Positions 60,349 to 64,000 of a stretch of 64,000 nucleotides of DNA are shown piece after piece (within the stretch, counting starts at the first letter, position 1; each line of letters opens with the position of its first letter). Made by a program: the position numbers and the translations under genes. The notes below the pieces were generated by a model. It ran no database searches, was not told where the DNA came from, and was given only the letters and a program-made list of their open reading frames with translations. Origin of the DNA: Nitrosopumilus sp. (GTDB lineage: Archaea > Thermoproteota > Nitrososphaeria > Nitrososphaerales > Nitrosopumilaceae); contig OZ242220.1 of the NCBI GenBank assembly GCA_965206745.1, positions 768,001 to 832,000 of the forward strand. The letters are read 5' to 3'.

Positions 60349-61098
60349 TTAATTCTTGACTTTATTTATCGTCTCAAAGTGCTTTTTGCACATTTTTTTA
60401 TTTTCGATCTGTGAGTAAAGCAAATCCTTTTGCCAATGCGCATTGAACAACCTGCAATCCCTCTCCTCACAAAATGATTCCCCCGTCTCATAATACATTA
60501 TGGATTGTAACACGTATCCTTCTATGATCTCATTTAATCTCGAATCGTGGTATTCTAAAAATCTCCCTTTGTACTTTTTCTTGATCTCCTCTTCTGAAAA
60601 GTTTGCCATTAGATCCAGATAGTATTCTTTAGATTTGGCCGGTGCCTCCACGATTCCTGTAGTTGAGATTATTGTGGGATTGGAACTGATCAGTGCCCTG
60701 GCGTGATATCTAAAGTCATCATCATCAAATGTCACAGTGAGCTTGCTTGTAAAAATTATGTGCAGTATGTCGTCTGTGGTTGGGATGTTTTTTGAAATGA
60801 TGTCTTGTAACTCAAACCCGTCATAGAGCCTCATCACATCCTTCTCAGATGTGTCGGTGCCATCTTTTTCCATTTGAACCTCTTGACGTGTTGGGATGTG
60901 TTCCTTGAATTGCTTCTTCAAGTCAAATACCTGTGCCGATGCTATCTCCTCAAATGCCTCGTCTTTTAGAGTCTTGAAGAAATTTCCCCTTAATTCTGTC
61001 TCAACTCGAAACGTATCTGTGATGAATCTTCTTATCTCCTCAATCCTGATTTCAGGAACGGCAGGTTCGTCATGTAGGATGATTTTAGAAATTTTCAC
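60349..61098 (-). CDS. DUF6775-like putative metallopeptidase (archaemetzincin-related)
   Basis: RYHAR, ISTTGIVEAPAK, FC....CRLFNAHWQ...MCKKH. Confidence 0.7.
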   Translation of the reverse strand: MKISKIILHDEPAVPEIRIEEIRRFITDTFRVETELRGNFFKTLKDEAFEEIASAQVFDLKKQFKEHIPTRQEVQMEKDGTDTSEKDVMRLYDGFELQDIISKNIPTTDDILHIIFTSKLTVTFDDDDFRYHARALISSNPTIISTTGIVEAPAKSKEYYLDLMANFSEEEIKKKYKGRFLEYHDSRLNEIIEGYVLQSIMYYETGESFCEERDCRLFNAHWQKDLLYSQIENKKMCKKHFETINKVKN

Positions 61099-61193
61099 TA
61101 AAAGAAGGACTGATCTAATCGCTTATCTTTCTAACGAATTATTTTTTTAAAGAGTTGGGAGGCCTTTAGTGCAAGATTAGTGCACTGATGATG

Positions 61194-62012
61194 CTATCTT
61201 TCCAGCTCTTTGATTTTTTGGGCAGTTATCTCTGCTGCTCTTTTTCCAGAGTACAGCATGGAGCCAAATGTCGGGCCCATTCTTGCCAATCCATGTGTCT
61301 CAGTCACTGACATTCCTGCTGCCACCAGTCCTGGATAGATTTCACCTGTCTTGTTAACTACGTGTTCCTCGCCATCGTTTACAAACATTGGTTCCATCCC
61401 CTTCCACTTTGTCAGTCCTCTATCAACCAGTCTTTTTACGGCAACTGAATCATGACCTGATGCATCAATGATTACCTTTGCTTCAAATGCGATCGGATCA
61501 ACACAAGTGATGTTGCGCGGTAATGCTGATACTGGCATCCAATTAACCACAATTCCGGCAACTCTGCCGTTCTTCAATACCAGGTCGTCAAATTTAGTCA
61601 ATTGAAGGAACTTTACCCCTGCATCACATGCAGCCGCAATTAGTTTTGATACTGCATGTGGACCTGGTGTCAAGTATAGCCCATCTGCAACTTTTTTGTA
61701 TGGTATCCCTAGCTCATCCCATATCTTTTGGGCAGGCTCTCTTACTGTAACTGGATTCATCATGTATCCGCCTAGCCAATAACCTCCTCCTAGGTAGTTG
61801 TTTTGTTCGATAACTAAAACTTTGTAACCCATGTTTGATAGTTCCCTGCTGGCTGTCAGTCCTGCAGGACCTGCACCAATCACGATTACATCTGATTCTG
61901 CCCTGTCAATTAATACATCGTGAAATTCATTTGCAATTGCGCGCGTAATCTCGACCTCACGCACGTCGGTAAATATCTTCTTTGACTGTTCTGCAACCGT
62001 TGCTTCTTGCAT
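61194..62012 (-). CDS. thi4: Thi4-family thiazole synthase
   Basis: GAGPAGL, LGGGYWLGG, CVDP, DASGHD, AGM, RMGPTFGSMLYSG; ATG at 62012. Confidence 0.95.
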   Translation of the reverse strand: MQEATVAEQSKKIFTDVREVEITRAIANEFHDVLIDRAESDVIVIGAGPAGLTASRELSNMGYKVLVIEQNNYLGGGYWLGGYMMNPVTVREPAQKIWDELGIPYKKVADGLYLTPGPHAVSKLIAAACDAGVKFLQLTKFDDLVLKNGRVAGIVVNWMPVSALPRNITCVDPIAFEAKVIIDASGHDSVAVKRLVDRGLTKWKGMEPMFVNDGEEHVVNKTGEIYPGLVAAGMSVTETHGLARMGPTFGSMLYSGKRAAEITAQKIKELER

Positions 62013-62202
62013 GAAGATGTTGCGTTTTGTGAACAATTAATACTTTCCCACATCCTATCTCGAAAATTAGGTGATACTAACCGTTTCAAAAAATTTTGCC
62101 ACCTAATGGAAACAGGAAAATTTTGTACCTTGAGGAAAATATCCCTCCTAAAATCCCCAAATATCAAAAATTTATATCCAAACTAAAAGTAATTTCTTTG
62201 TA

Positions 62203-64000
62203 TTGACCGTATCTGATCTTAAGCAGTCTCTTCCCGATTCTGTAAAATCCAAAATAAATTGGTCCAGAATTGAGGAGGCCGACGCCTTTGCAAATACCGT
62301 AAAGCTGTTCCGCCAAGGAAAATATGATGAAGCTAGTTTCAGACGATACCGGCTCCAGCACGGCGCATATGGGACTAGGATGACTGGCGACTATGCCATG
62401 ATCAGAATTAAAATTCCTGCCGGAGAGATCTATCCTGATCAAATTGAAAAAATATCCCAACTAAGTGAGCAGTACTCCATAGGCAGTGCCCACTTTTCAA
62501 CTCGGGAAAACATTCAGCTCCATTGGGTGGTTCTTGAGGATGTCTCTGAAGTCTTTCGAGGTTTGGCCGAAGTCGGACTGACGTCTCGTGAGGCATGCGG
62601 TAATTCTGTAAGGAATGTAATGTGCAGTCCCTTGTCTGGCGTCTGTCCTGATGAGGAATTTGATTCGACTCCTTATGCGCTTGCAACTGCGAGGTTCTTT
62701 CTAAGAAATCCGATGGCTCAAAACCTGCCTCGTAAGTTCAAATTCAATTTTACGTGCTGTGAGAAACACGGAATGGTAAGAATGGTCGATGTGGGACTGA
62801 TCCCACATGTTAGAGAAATTGATGGAACTGCCCAGAGAGGATTCAAAATTTTCTTGGGTGGGGGATTGGGAAACAAATCATATGTTGGACATCAGCTAGA
62901 AGACTTTACTCCTGAGGAAGACTTGCTTCACACTTCGATTGCCGTTATACGAATATTTGACAGAATGGGTGATAGGAAAAATCTTGCCCGAAACAGAATG
63001 AGATATCTGGTAAATGATATGGGCTGGGACAAGTTTCAAAACCTTGTACTCAAAGAGAGAGCTATAGTTCGAGCTACCCAATCAGTTACCACCCAATTAA
63101 AAGTTGATCAAACTCCTGATGTCATCAAGAGACCCATTCGAATCTCCGATGAGAATGGTGGGGAGACGATTCCTGACGGATATGCCAGATGGCTAAAGAC
63201 TAACACCGTAAAGCAAACGCAGGAAGGTTATCGTTCAGTGTTTCTTACCCTTGAAGCAGGCGATATCACTGCAAGCCAGCTGTATGGTTTGGCCGATATC
63301 ATCCGTGCTTTTTCATCTGAAGGCAAGGGCAGATCTGGTTTTTCGCAAAATATTGCCATACGGTACGTACATGAGGATGACTTGCCTCGCCTGTATTCTA
63401 AACTGCTTGAGACTGGATTGGCAAAATCAGGCGCCTTGACCATGGCCGCACCGATTGGCTGCTCTGGAACCACATCTTGTAACCTTGCATTGACTAACTC
63501 GCATAGATTGGCAAAGGAGATCCAAAGAACGTTCTTGGAGCTAAAACTAGATGAGGACGATGATCTTGGCGATTCTTCAATCAAGATTAGCGGATGTCCT
63601 AATTCATGCGGACAGCATGGCATTGCAACAATTGGATTCTTTGGAGGCGGTGGACGTGTTGGAAAAGACATGTATGCTAACTATCAAATGTCCATAGGTG
63701 GCCGCTCTGATGGAGACACCATGTTGGGACAAACCCTTCTTAGGGTTCCTGCAAAACGAGTAATTCCAGTACTTTTAAAGATAATTGAAATCTTCAAGGC
63801 AAACAGAAAATCCGATGACACTCTAAAGTCTTGGATTCACAGAGTTGTAAGTGGAAATGAGGACTCGGAGATCAAGTCGATTATTGATGTTAAAAAAATA
63901 CTGGCGCCCCTGATTACTCCGCCGACGATTCAAGAGGATCCTGACTTTTACTTGGATTATGGAACTGATTCCAGTTATCACACAAAGACTGGAAAGGGTG
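62203..64000 (+). CDS. sir: Ferredoxin-dependent sulfite/nitrite reductase (siroheme, 4Fe-4S), runs off window end
   Basis: Hand-read from TTG at 62203: TRENIQ, ACGNSVRN, NLPRKFK, CSGTTSCNLA, ISGCPNSCGQH; sulfur gene context favours sulfite. Confidence 0.9.
   Translation, partial: MTVSDLKQSLPDSVKSKINWSRIEEADAFANTVKLFRQGKYDEASFRRYRLQHGAYGTRMTGDYAMIRIKIPAGEIYPDQIEKISQLSEQYSIGSAHFSTRENIQLHWVVLEDVSEVFRGLAEVGLTSREACGNSVRNVMCSPLSGVCPDEEFDSTPYALATARFFLRNPMAQNLPRKFKFNFTCCEKHGMVRMVDVGLIPHVREIDGTAQRGFKIFLGGGLGNKSYVGHQLEDFTPEEDLLHTSIAVIRIFDRMGDRKNLARNRMRYLVNDMGWDKFQNLVLKERAIVRATQSVTTQLKVDQTPDVIKRPIRISDENGGETIPDGYARWLKTNTVKQTQEGYRSVFLTLEAGDITASQLYGLADIIRAFSSEGKGRSGFSQNIAIRYVHEDDLPRLYSKLLETGLAKSGALTMAAPIGCSGTTSCNLALTNSHRLAKEIQRTFLELKLDEDDDLGDSSIKISGCPNSCGQHGIATIGFFGGGGRVGKDMYANYQMSIGGRSDGDTMLGQTLLRVPAKRVIPVLLKIIEIFKANRKSDDTLKSWIHRVVSGNEDSEIKSIIDVKKILAPLITPPTIQEDPDFYLDYGTDSSYHTKTGKG

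Noticed and set aside
62164-63671. Short minus-strand ORFs over the reductase, and similar shadow ORFs across the window
   Set aside because: They lie antisense or out of frame to well-supported genes and show no independent motifs.

Overview
Archaeal chromosomal DNA from an ammonia-oxidising thaumarchaeote (Nitrosopumilaceae-like). This is inferred from the thaumarchaeosortase, the F420 genes cofC/cofD/cofE, TFB, Alba, SMC, deoxyhypusine synthase and the archaeal-type RNase P RNA. Most of the window is dense housekeeping and envelope genes: map, tRNA-Pro, tsr3, secG, aIF1, tfb, rnpB, geranylgeranyl reductase, dinB, ino1, smc and proS. A sulfur-rich block runs from egtD/egtB through serB, tusA, cysteine synthase, trxB and thi4 to sulfite reductase. 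Accessory features are a complete branched-chain amino acid ABC operon next to a large Ig/cadherin-like secreted protein, two small decayed pseudogene patches and many Zn-finger microproteins. The most notable unannotated signal is a dispersed ~90-bp intergenic element with GTATGAG...CTCATAC terminal inverted repeats. It has five recognisable copies in both orientations, each ending about 17-20 nt from a TATA-like box, and three of them lie 47-48 nt from the next start codon. Other candidates are an Alba protein with 21 perfect PEPTPE repeats, a membrane protein with a metallothionein-like tail, a DsbA/CxC-membrane-protein pair and a tRNA-Pro with A53-U61. All alignments were done by eye and no database searches were run.
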